Shown: piece by piece, positions 27,460 to 35,286 of the stretch | Position numbering within the stretch: the stretch's first letter is position 1 | Layout: each line of letters opens with the position of its first letter | Source: Minisyncoccota bacterium | Lineage (GTDB): Bacteria; Patescibacteriota; Minisyncoccia; Phycocordibacterales; CSBR16-193 | Reading direction: 5' to 3' | Length of the DNA stretch: 64,000 bases | Assembly: GCA_040905715.1 (NCBI GenBank) | Contig: JBBDRA010000003.1 | Coordinates: 199,075-263,074 of the forward strand | Notes under the pieces: generated by a model | What the model was told of the DNA's origin: nothing | Database searches by the model: none | The model's input: only the letters and a program-made list of their open reading frames with translations | Program-made: the position numbers and the translations under genes

Positions 27460-29927
27460 ATTTTCAGGACCTTTTAAAACAGTCGAGGCGGTACGTACAC
27501 GCGATCCGATTCAACGATCTGCTGTCACTTTCGCATCGTTTGCAACTAAGCCATGTGCTTGAAGGGGCGATCGTTCTGAGCGTGTTGCTCATCGTTTTTT
27601 CGGTCGCCTCGGACATGTTTGACATCTCTCGCTTTGTCGGCTTCACGCTCCTTGCGTCAGGCTGTTGGCTTGTGTTGTTTGCTATTGATGCGTATGTCTT
27701 TTCGTACTATCTTCGAGAGTTTAGTTCATCGCCGTCTGTCACGTTCGAGCTGGCTGAAGTAGTTCTTTCAAGTGACCGCCATGATCTGACGGCAGGTCTT
27801 TTGGTGCATCCCCACGGAGATAGAATTTTGAGAAGACTTGGCCTTTCTATAGAGGACCTTGAGTCATTTTATGCTGATCGTCGAGAGACGGTGTCAACGG
27901 TAACAGTAAAGGATAGTCGGCCGATAGATGTTGCTCAGTACGCGATAGCTCTTTATAAAACAGATGAAGACCTCAGAACCTTTCTTTTTACCCGAGGAGT
28001 CACCGAGGAGGTCTTTGTGGGTGCGGTTGAGTGGGTGCACGCGGAGATAGTGGGCCGGAAGCAACGGTATCGATGGTGGAGCCTTGAGCGGCTTCGAGAG
28101 ATCCCCGGCATTGGAAAAGATTGGTCGTTCGGGAAGGCGTACCATCTTGAGCAGTATTCACGACCTGCAACATCTCTTGTGCGTGTGGGTAGCATCCTGC
28201 GCGATTACTATCGAAAAGAGGCGGACCGCCTGGAGTCTATACTGAGTCGCGGACGGAGTGCGAACGCTATATTGGTTGGAGAAGAGGGAAGCGGACTTCG
28301 AGATGCGGTGGCGGTTTTTGTTGATCGGATCTATCGTCAGACGATAACGCCCGAGCTGGAGCATTTTCGGGTGTATATCCTCAATACGGATCTTTTGATC
28401 GCTGATCATTCCTCGAAAAAGGAGTTTGAGGAGATGCTTGTCCGTATATTTGATGAAGCTTTAAAGACCGAGAATATTGTGATCGTTATTGAGCACTTGC
28501 CGACGTTCCTTGCAAACGCAGCTGAGCTGGGAAGTAATCCGGCAAGTCTTATTGAGGGGTATTTGGAAGATCCACGATTGCACGTCGTCGCAACCAGTTC
28601 GCCTGATGCATATTACGACCACCTTGAGCATGAGCCGCGGCTGAAGCGATGGTTCGACCGGGTGACAATGGAGCATGACGATCGCGAGAGGGTTATCTGG
28701 CTTTTAGAGGAGTTGGCAATGGAACGTGAGCGTCGGGATATTTTTGTAACGTATCCCGCTATACAGTCGGTGTATGATAATGCTAAACGATATTTAACCG
28801 GCGGGGTCATGCCAAACGTTGCACTTGATCTGCTCGAGGAGGTTATCTCGCTCGCACGAACCAAGCAGCAAGATCGAGTGACCAGGCGATCTGTAGACAA
28901 TGTAGTGGGAGAAAAAACCGGCGTGCCGACCGGAGAGGCAAGTAAAAATGAAAAAGAACGATTGCTTAACCTCGAAGATATTTTGCATAGTAAAATAGTT
29001 GGCCAGGATGCGGCGGTTGTTGCGGTGAGTGACGCGCTCCGGCGTTCACGAAGCGGAATAGGGAACCCCGATCGACCTCTTGGTGTATTTTTGTTCCTTG
29101 GACCTACCGGTGTCGGCAAAACAGAGACAGCCAAAGTGCTAGCGAATACGTTCTTTGATGGACACGATGACATAGTGCGCTTTGATATGACAGAATTTTC
29201 AGAGGGCGACTCGCTCTCCCGCTTGATCGGTAATGTTGGCACACAGACCACCGGCATGCTGTCGAGCGCAATAACTGACAATCCTTACAGTGTGCTCCTA
29301 CTTGATGAATTCGAAAAAACAACCAAGGATGTTCATAATTTGTTCTTGCAGATATTCGATGAAGGTGTATTTCATGACGCGTATGACAGTGAGGTGAACT
29401 GTCGTAACATGATCATTATCGCGACCTCTAATGCCGCCAGCGAGACTATTCACTCACTTATTAAGGAAAACGAGAAACTTGCACCACATAAAAATGAGAT
29501 CATCGACGGTTTGATCAGTTCTCACACATTTCGTCCTGAGTTGATCAACCGTTTTGATGAGGTGGTCCTGTTTCACCCTCTCTCACATGCTGAAACAGCC
29601 GCAGTGGCTGAACGGGAGCTGGCTAAGCTTCAGCTCAGACTTAATAAACGCGGTATAGCTTTTGAGATCACGCAAACCCTTATTGATTATCTGGTTGAGC
29701 ATGGGTACGATGAGAGATTCGGTGCACGAGCGATCCGCAGGATCATTGTTAGCGACATAGAGAAGGTAATATCTCATAAGTTACTGACGGGTGAGATAAA
29801 AAAGGGCGATACCGCAATTATTACCGAAAAAGATCTTACCTCACTGGCACAACCCGGCGTGATGCGTAAAGTAGCGGCGGGACTTAGCGGTCGTGCTTCG
29901 CACTCAGCTGCGGGGAGCGAGTTGTAG
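27456..29927 (+). CDS. atypical Clp-family AAA+ ATPase: membrane-anchored N-terminus, degenerate D1, intact D2
   Basis: D2: GPTGVGKT Walker A, LLLDEFEKT Walker B, GARAIRR sensor-2; D1-like region GEEGSGLRDAV lacks the GK(T/S); two N-terminal TM segments; ATG at 27456. Confidence 0.8.
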   Translation: MNFQDLLKQSRRYVHAIRFNDLLSLSHRLQLSHVLEGAIVLSVLLIVFSVASDMFDISRFVGFTLLASGCWLVLFAIDAYVFSYYLREFSSSPSVTFELAEVVLSSDRHDLTAGLLVHPHGDRILRRLGLSIEDLESFYADRRETVSTVTVKDSRPIDVAQYAIALYKTDEDLRTFLFTRGVTEEVFVGAVEWVHAEIVGRKQRYRWWSLERLREIPGIGKDWSFGKAYHLEQYSRPATSLVRVGSILRDYYRKEADRLESILSRGRSANAILVGEEGSGLRDAVAVFVDRIYRQTITPELEHFRVYILNTDLLIADHSSKKEFEEMLVRIFDEALKTENIVIVIEHLPTFLANAAELGSNPASLIEGYLEDPRLHVVATSSPDAYYDHLEHEPRLKRWFDRVTMEHDDRERVIWLLEELAMERERRDIFVTYPAIQSVYDNAKRYLTGGVMPNVALDLLEEVISLARTKQQDRVTRRSVDNVVGEKTGVPTGEASKNEKERLLNLEDILHSKIVGQDAAVVAVSDALRRSRSGIGNPDRPLGVFLFLGPTGVGKTETAKVLANTFFDGHDDIVRFDMTEFSEGDSLSRLIGNVGTQTTGMLSSAITDNPYSVLLLDEFEKTTKDVHNLFLQIFDEGVFHDAYDSEVNCRNMIIIATSNAASETIHSLIKENEKLAPHKNEIIDGLISSHTFRPELINRFDEVVLFHPLSHAETAAVAERELAKLQLRLNKRGIAFEITQTLIDYLVEHGYDERFGARAIRRIIVSDIEKVISHKLLTGEIKKGDTAIITEKDLTSLAQPGVMRKVAAGLSGRASHSAAGSEL

Positions 29928-29954
29928 GAATCTTGCGTATTTTGCACACTAATT

Positions 29955-29983
29955 TTGACGAATGATTGTTTTTATTCTATATT
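29955..29983 (+). promoter_or_regulatory. sigma70-like promoter (TTGACG-17-TATATT) giving a near-leaderless mRNA
   Basis: -10 ends 9 nt upstream of ATG 29993. Confidence 0.45.
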
Positions 29984-29992
29984 AATTGCTAT

Positions 29993-30469
29993 ATGGAAGA
30001 TTTTATTAAAAAACAGTTTCTTAGAGAGCGGTGGCAAGACGCTTCTGAAAAACAAACTCAACGTATTGAGGAAGAGGAAAGCGAAGCATTGAGATCGTAC
30101 CAACAGATCAAAAAAACTGTTGCAGATCTACCGGAGCATATATCGGAGGAAAATCGTGAGTTGATCAAAGAATACTTTGAGGAGCTACAGGAAAGTATTC
30201 AACGCTATGTTTCGTCTATCGACGCTTTTACCAAGGCACGGATCAGTAAAACCGACACTCAGGACATGACTCGCTTGGATGAAAGTCGGCGTCGTATGCA
30301 CGACGGCCTAATAACTGTTTTAGAAGTACTTGAACGACTACTTAAGAGGGAAGGACTTGACACATCATGGAGAAGTGTTATAGGATCTAATAGGACAAGA
30401 GTTAAAGAGTGGGCGCAGGAAGTGACTGGCCACATATCACGGGAGGCAGAAAGGAGCGTTGAAGAGTGA
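29993..30469 (+). CDS. hypothetical protein
   Basis: 158-aa ORF with ATG start; helical, charged. Confidence 0.55.
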   Translation: MEDFIKKQFLRERWQDASEKQTQRIEEEESEALRSYQQIKKTVADLPEHISEENRELIKEYFEELQESIQRYVSSIDAFTKARISKTDTQDMTRLDESRRRMHDGLITVLEVLERLLKREGLDTSWRSVIGSNRTRVKEWAQEVTGHISREAERSVEE

Positions 30470-30747
30470 CCATCCAGGAGCTCTATCAGTTCTGCAGGAG
30501 AAAAAGTGAGCTTGACCATGCGTGGCGCACTATGGCACTTGCTGCTATCGATCTCTGCTCTGCTCACAATCAAAAGGGCTGGGTTTCAGAGATAAAGAGT
30601 CAGCCGCTGCCGACCAATGGAGAACTTGAGAAGCTAAGGGTAAATTTCGAGAGCGCCAAGCAGGTACTTGTGGAGAAGTGTATTGCTCATCGGATCCCTG
30701 TGCCGGAATTCACGGCACGGGATGTCTACAACCTCGTCGCTCAATAA
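30466..30747 (+). CDS. hypothetical protein, GTG start overlapping the upstream stop (GTGA)
   Basis: the overlap suggests translational coupling. Confidence 0.5.
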   Translation: MTIQELYQFCRRKSELDHAWRTMALAAIDLCSAHNQKGWVSEIKSQPLPTNGELEKLRVNFESAKQVLVEKCIAHRIPVPEFTARDVYNLVAQ

Positions 30748-30751
30748 CCAG

Positions 30752-30783
30752 CTCCCCGAACAGTGTTTCGGGGAGTTTTTTTA
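30752..30783 (+). terminator. rho-independent terminator
   Basis: ctccccgaa...ttcggggag plus T7. Confidence 0.7.
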
Positions 30784-30913
30784 TGCTGACAAGTAATTAC
30801 TTGTACATTAAAGCGAAGAGGTATTTTGTACCTGGGTGCTCGATTGCAATATTTGACAAATATGATATAAATACTCCTGGTTTAGATTTCAGAAGTTCTT
30901 TCTAGGAGAAGAC

Positions 30914-31552
30914 ATGTTACATTCTGCTGGTGGAAATGGTGCAGGCAAAGTATCTGACCTCAGATTTTCTGAGGTGTACGATGTCGAGGTGGATTACAAT
31001 CGTCCTACCGCTGAGCTGGCGATTGACTACCATTTGCGTATCGCAACTGAGAGTGTGTTTGATGCAGTGTCTCATTCACACGATCGGCATGGCAACGTGA
31101 AGCAGCCCAAGAAAAAGTTCATTCGGATGGCTTCTGTTATGTATGAGCCTGATGGAGATCTCGACGGGGGGTTGGAAAATATGGTTATCCATAACCATCT
31201 CTGGCAAGCAAGGATGCGACCAGCCACGCTACATGAGCTCATTAGCTGGTACGCGATGGATCGGACCAGTAATCTCTTCTATCACGATGCTGAAGAAAGC
31301 GGGCTCATAGCGCTGGGCGATACGTTTGAGCAGGATGGTGATGATGAGGTGTATGCGCCGGTCATCTACGCCTTCGGTTGGCAACAGCTGTGCGACGAAG
31401 AAACAGCCGAAGAGATCGAAGGGGCTATCATGCAAGGCGAATCGTGTGCCATGGCTTTGCTGAAACGCGCCATTGTGCCATCGATCGACATCTACGGCAC
31501 AAGCGGCAAGCAGTGGGGTGAGTTTGCCGAGTTTGCTGTCGTGCTGATGTGA
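30914..31552 (+). CDS. hypothetical protein
   Basis: 212-aa ORF. Confidence 0.55.
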   Translation: MLHSAGGNGAGKVSDLRFSEVYDVEVDYNRPTAELAIDYHLRIATESVFDAVSHSHDRHGNVKQPKKKFIRMASVMYEPDGDLDGGLENMVIHNHLWQARMRPATLHELISWYAMDRTSNLFYHDAEESGLIALGDTFEQDGDDEVYAPVIYAFGWQQLCDEETAEEIEGAIMQGESCAMALLKRAIVPSIDIYGTSGKQWGEFAEFAVVLM

Positions 31553-31590
31553 TCGACCAAAGGTGTCTCTTGTGTCCTGTACAACACAAA

Positions 31591-31620
31591 AGAGCGAGTA
31601 TGAAACTCGCTCTTTTTTAT
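31591..31620 (+). terminator. rho-independent terminator
   Basis: agagcgag tatgaaa ctcgctct plus T6. Confidence 0.7.
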
Positions 31621-31676
31621 TACATGCTAGAGATAAATGAGCGGGGATGAGGTTTAGCCATGTTGGCGCAGGTATA

Positions 31677-31705
31677 TTGACATATATACAATATGATGTA
31701 TTATA
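31677..31705 (+). promoter_or_regulatory. sigma70-like promoter TTGACA-16-TATTAT
   Basis: perfect -35 hexamer. Confidence 0.5.
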
Positions 31706-31744
31706 TATTTCAGTATGTTGTTGCTTTTACATAAGGAGTTTCAG

Positions 31745-31978
31745 ATGAACATGATGTGTGAGTGCCCCGGTTGTTCGGCGAAGCGAATGGTCTTTCTAGT
31801 GATCTATCGTGAGGCCGTTGGCGAGTTCCCTTCGATCAAGAGGGGGTGGTGTCCGAATTGCGGCGAGCAGATCTTCTACTATCGAGATAGCGGTCGCGAC
31901 CGCTTTATCGGTCGTGATCAGTTGGTCGCGCTCGAAGAAAGTCGCTCGGTACAATTGGAGGCGCAGAAAGGAGAGTGA
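31745..31978 (+). CDS. small zinc-ribbon protein (cassette 1, gene A)
   Basis: SD taaggag; CECPGC ... CPNCG; 77 aa. Confidence 0.6.
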   Translation: MNMMCECPGCSAKRMVFLVIYREAVGEFPSIKRGWCPNCGEQIFYYRDSGRDRFIGRDQLVALEESRSVQLEAQKGE

Positions 31979-31980
31979 GA

Positions 31981-32058
31981 TGTCGTTCATTCGACTGACC
32001 TCGACAGGGAGAAAGATCCTGATCCTGGCGTTTCTTTTGTTTGCGGCGCTGTGTTGAA
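31981..32058 (+). CDS. 25-aa hydrophobic micropeptide (cassette 1, gene B)
   Basis: SD aaaggagag 6 nt upstream; MSFIRLTSTGRKILILAFLLFAALC; a paralog lies at 33885-33989. Confidence 0.55.
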
Positions 32059-32091
32059 ACAGGGTCGAAAGACGAAACTCCTTCTGGTTGC

Positions 32092-32131
32092 CCCCGATGG
32101 CTTGCGCGTGCAACCATCGGGGGTTTTATTT
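32092..32131 (+). terminator. strong rho-independent terminator
   Basis: cccccgatgg...ccatcggggg plus TTTTATTT. Confidence 0.75.
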
Positions 32132-32167
32132 ATCCGACAGATGATTATGTGATAGTGTTTTGATGAT

Positions 32168-33151
32168 ATGATCAGCGGTTTTTGGCAACAGCTTAATACA
32201 CCTATTATGGCACTGGCGCCGATGGCGGACGTGACCGACGCGGCATTCCGGCGCATTATCGCAAAATACGGCAAACCGGATGTGACATGGACCGAATTCG
32301 TCTCGGCCGACGGGCTTTTTTTAGGTGGGCGAGACTCGCTGATGCGTGATCTGTGGTTCGACGAATCAGAGCGGCCGATCGTGGCGCAGTTCTTTAGTCC
32401 GGATCCAAGCCGAATGAAGCAGGCGGCTGAGTTGGCAGTAGAGCTTGGATTTGACGGGATAGATCTGAATATGGGGTGTCCGGACTCGAGTGTCTGTAAG
32501 CAGGGCGCGGGCAGTGCTATGATCCGCACTCCCGAGTTGGCCCAAGATGTTGTGCGGGCAACAATGGACGGCGCCGGCGAGCTGCCTGTATCAGTCAAAA
32601 CCCGGTCCGGATATTCCTCAGACCGCGAGCTTGATGCCTGGATGAGCGCACTGATTGAAACACAGCCGGCGGCGATTACGGTTCATGCCCGAACCAAAAA
32701 GGATATGTCTAAAGTGCCGGCACGCTGGGAGCTACTGCCCCGCGTGGTTGAGTTGCGAGATCAGCATTCTCCCGATACCCGTATTCTGGGAAATGGAGAC
32801 GTGTCGAGTCTTGAGGAAGCGCATCGGCGGGTCGAGGAGACCGGCGTGGACGGAGTAATGATCGGTCGGGGAATATTCGGCAATCCGTGGTTTTTCAATA
32901 CTGACAGTGACGCGAGTACGGTTACGATCGAAGAGAAGCTTCGGGTGCTGGTGGAGCACACCAGACTTTTCGAGGAGTTGCTGGGCAACGAGAAGTCCTT
33001 TTACTTAATGAAAAAACATTTTAAGGCGTATGTATCCGGTTGGGAGGGGGCAAAAGAGCTACGAGGAAAGTTAATGGAGGCAGAGGATGCCGACGATGTG
33101 GAACAAACGATAAATACATATCTGACCCGAAAAACAGAGAAAAATACTTGA
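32168..33151 (+). CDS. dus: tRNA-dihydrouridine synthase
   Basis: ALAPMADVTDAAFRR, GIDLNMGCP, K..GAGSA motifs. Confidence 0.9.
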   Translation: MISGFWQQLNTPIMALAPMADVTDAAFRRIIAKYGKPDVTWTEFVSADGLFLGGRDSLMRDLWFDESERPIVAQFFSPDPSRMKQAAELAVELGFDGIDLNMGCPDSSVCKQGAGSAMIRTPELAQDVVRATMDGAGELPVSVKTRSGYSSDRELDAWMSALIETQPAAITVHARTKKDMSKVPARWELLPRVVELRDQHSPDTRILGNGDVSSLEEAHRRVEETGVDGVMIGRGIFGNPWFFNTDSDASTVTIEEKLRVLVEHTRLFEELLGNEKSFYLMKKHFKAYVSGWEGAKELRGKLMEAEDADDVEQTINTYLTRKTEKNT

Positions 33152-33175
33152 CAAATAATTTAATGATGTTATCTT
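33148..33175 (+). promoter_or_regulatory. sigma70-like promoter TTGACA-16-TATCTT
   Basis: perfect -35 hexamer overlapping the dus stop. Confidence 0.5.
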
Positions 33176-33241
33176 ATACCCACTGTGGTGAGATCGTCAC
33201 ACGAGTGACACACCGCAGGGTTCTTTCAGAGGAGCCTTTCT

Positions 33242-33346
33242 ATGAGGTCACCCCCGATGCAGCGTCACGAGGAGAATCTTGCTTTGAATAATTCCAGCAA
33301 CGGTGACAACAGCTCCGGCGACGGCGGCGCCTACGGCGGGCGCTGA
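33242..33346 (+). CDS. candidate 34-aa Gly/Ser/Asn-rich small protein
   Basis: GAGGAG 7 nt upstream of ATG; MRSPPMQRHEENLALNNSSNGDNSSGDGGAYGGR; about 180 nt of non-coding sequence to the terminator. Confidence 0.3.
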   Translation: MRSPPMQRHEENLALNNSSNGDNSSGDGGAYGGR

Positions 33347-33530
33347 CCCAGGCCGACGGCCGACTGTTTCCATGGTGGAGACAGTCTGAACGGGTACGCC
33401 CTTTAACCAGTGTAAAGCGCGGGAAGAGAGGTAAGCGACGAAGCACCCACACCCCGTAGTTTGGGGAGGGCTCGTTGACTGGAGGCGAAAGTCTCCTGTT
33501 GGCAAAAGAAAAAGATGCTTAGTGATTTTT

Positions 33531-33565
33531 AGGGCGGATTCTAAAATAGGATCCGCCCTTTTTCT
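33531..33565 (+). terminator. rho-independent terminator
   Basis: gggcggat...atccgccc plus TTTTT. Confidence 0.7.
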
Positions 33566-33602
33566 ATACGTCAGCGCTATCCTGCAGCTATGTCAGGAAC
33601 TA

Positions 33603-33630
33603 TTGACAAATTTTCAGGTAATCGTACAAT
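33603..33630 (+). promoter_or_regulatory. sigma70-like promoter TTGACA-16-TACAAT
   Basis: consensus hexamers. Confidence 0.5.
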
Positions 33631-33679
33631 AAAACTGTCGTTCTTTGCCTTAAGAAACCCGCAAGCGAAAGGCAGTGCT

Positions 33680-33922
33680 ATGGAAGGTTGCTAAACTCAG
33701 TGCCCGAGTTGCCACAATAACGTGATCGTTACAGACCTTGTCGACTCACCGTCGCAGGTTTCGGGGTTGCGTACGAAGGAAGGAACCTGTCCCTTCTGCG
33801 AGGAGAAGATTTACCGGGTCTTGGCAGGGAATATTGGGATCTGGTATACCCGAGAGTACATCGAAACAGCGAGGGGTATCTCCAATGATCGTTCGAAATC
33901 GCGTTCGCACGCGCATCGGTGA
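33680..33922 (+). pseudogene. decayed paralog of the small zinc-ribbon protein (cassette 2, gene A), in-frame TAA after codon 4
   Basis: ATG-GAA-GGT-TGC-TAA then in-frame TQCPSC...GTCPFCEEKIYRVLAG, homologous to GWCPNCGEQIFYYRDSG of 31745-31978. Confidence 0.45.
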
Positions 33923-33989
33923 GCCCCGGGAACACTTTCCGCGCAAGATCATTATTCTCGCGGCCCTCGTGTTCGCGGCGCTCTGCTAA
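33885..33989 (+). CDS. 34-aa hydrophobic micropeptide (cassette 2, gene B)
   Basis: MIVRNRVRTRIGEPREHFPRKIIILAALVFAALC; C-terminal 15 aa about 70% identical to cassette 1, with mostly synonymous or conservative nucleotide differences. Confidence 0.5.
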   Translation: MIVRNRVRTRIGEPREHFPRKIIILAALVFAALC

Positions 33990-34004
33990 TGGACATCTGA
34001 ACAA

Positions 34005-34029
34005 AAACCCGCTTCTCGAGCGGGTTTTC
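34005..34029 (+). terminator. rho-independent terminator
   Basis: cccgct tctcg agcggg plus TTTT. Confidence 0.65.
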
Positions 34030-34038
34030 TTATAGGTA

Positions 34039-34066
34039 TTGACAAAAATACTATATTTAGTATAAT
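34039..34066 (+). promoter_or_regulatory. sigma70 promoter TTGACA-16-TATAAT with about 150-nt structured leader
   Basis: perfect consensus hexamers; the leader contains several hairpins before ATG 34223. Confidence 0.55.
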
Positions 34067-34222
34067 CATACGCAGACAATTCACAGCGACAGGGAGTTGC
34101 TGTTTAAAATATACGTTCGTTGGAAAGGGAAGAGAGAGAGAGCTCCGTACGGTGGAATCCGTGCGTTAACCAGCCTTTACTAAAGGCAGTGAACGGAAGC
34201 ACCTACACAGTAGGAGCGTCTC

Positions 34223-34528
34223 ATGTTTGGATGCGATGAAGGTAAGCGGAAAATGCAAGGTGTTGCTTTGGCGGTCGGCCTGTTCGTGGGAATGATGATG
34301 TTCGTCATTCTTTCGGGAGGTTGCACAACCCAGGTCGGCACCGGACGCATGGTCGGATTTGAAGCCGGCGTCGGTCTGTCGCTTGGAGAGAACACGTCTC
34401 TTCAGACGACGTCCAAAGACGAAACGGAAAGCGGGCGGAACATAACCGGTCGCAGTCCGTATGCCGGCAAATCGAGCACCGATACCTCGGCTGACGGTCG
34501 GCGTCAGGCGTGGGACACCCGTTTCTAA
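34223..34528 (+). CDS. small secreted protein or lipoprotein, hypothetical
   Basis: SD aggag; hydrophobic signal-like segment ending LSGGC. Confidence 0.5.
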   Translation: MFGCDEGKRKMQGVALAVGLFVGMMMFVILSGGCTTQVGTGRMVGFEAGVGLSLGENTSLQTTSKDETESGRNITGRSPYAGKSSTDTSADGRRQAWDTRF

Positions 34529-34539
34529 GGAGGTTCAGG

Positions 34540-35040
34540 ATGAAATTTGACCTAACACCTTCTCAGAAAACGGCCGTCTGGTTTTTCGGGTTCTGGGTCG
34601 TGCTACTGCTCATCGGAGCATTTGCCGGTACTCAGGACCAGTGGGGACAGACCGCAGTGTATGTTGCCGGCGGATTCCTCTGGCTTGCGCTGATGCAGTT
34701 TCTTGCAGTGTCAGTGCTCTCGCGTATCATTCTTGGTTTCATTTTGCTGATCGCGTCACTTGGCAGTACGGTTATTTTTTCTGTGACGCTGGCGAACGCG
34801 ATCGAGCACATCGATCCGTTGATGGTGTGGAGCACAACGCTTCACCATGCTCAGGTGATCGTGATGATGCCTCGGCAGATATTCGAGGGAGCGAGTCAAT
34901 GGGTCGCAACCGGTGACCCTGACGCGTTTCGACAGACCGGTTGCGCCGGACATCATCTTTTTCTGGCACTCCTTATTGGTATCGCTGTAATAGCGATGGT
35001 AGCAAAGGGAATGTCAGGATGGGCCCGAACTTCTTCTTGA
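34540..35040 (+). CDS. integral membrane protein, hypothetical
   Basis: SD aaggagg; 4-5 TM segments. Confidence 0.55.
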   Translation: MKFDLTPSQKTAVWFFGFWVVLLLIGAFAGTQDQWGQTAVYVAGGFLWLALMQFLAVSVLSRIILGFILLIASLGSTVIFSVTLANAIEHIDPLMVWSTTLHHAQVIVMMPRQIFEGASQWVATGDPDAFRQTGCAGHHLFLALLIGIAVIAMVAKGMSGWARTSS

Positions 35041-35072
35041 ACCATTACCGCCACATCGAGCGGTGTATTGAA

Positions 35073-35107
35073 CCCCACAGGTATCGCTACCACCTGTGGG
35101 GTTTTTC
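35073..35107 (+). terminator. rho-independent terminator
   Basis: ccccacaggt...acctgtgggg plus TTTTT. Confidence 0.7.
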
Positions 35108-35127
35108 TATAGGAGGGCTGCTGACTA

Positions 35128-35236
35128 TTGACAAAATATTTGTGTGTATGATATACAAAGGTCAGTTCAGAACCTTGCCCCCCCTCAGCCGACGAAGTGT
35201 GCGCCCCCCCCAGCACACTTCGTCGGTTTTTTATTT
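35128..35236 (+). ncRNA. candidate small RNA: TTGACA promoter-like hexamer, then ~70 nt, then a strong terminator
   Basis: TTGACA at 35128; 14-bp stem ccgacgaagtgtgc/gcacacttcgtcgg with a C-rich loop and T6; no ORF. Confidence 0.25.
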
Positions 35237-35286
35237 TTAACTATTATTTAACATGGGGCACTGTCTTTCTGTTATAATACATTTCT

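Noticed and set aside
33040-33291. An 83-aa plus-strand ORF spanning the dus stop and promoter.
   Set aside because: It runs through a consensus promoter and has no RBS. The 34-aa ORF downstream with an SD is the better candidate.
33185-33565. Considered whether the promoter-to-terminator unit after dus is tmRNA or RNase P RNA.
   Set aside because: It has no tRNA-like terminal domain (no GGTTCGA T-loop and no acceptor complement), and the small ORF does not end in the ALAA/LAA tag motif expected of tmRNA. It lacks the RNase P motifs: the P4 strands (GGAAAGTCCGG and the matching 3' strand) are absent, and the only GAAAGTC lies near the 3' end. It is left as an unclassified candidate.
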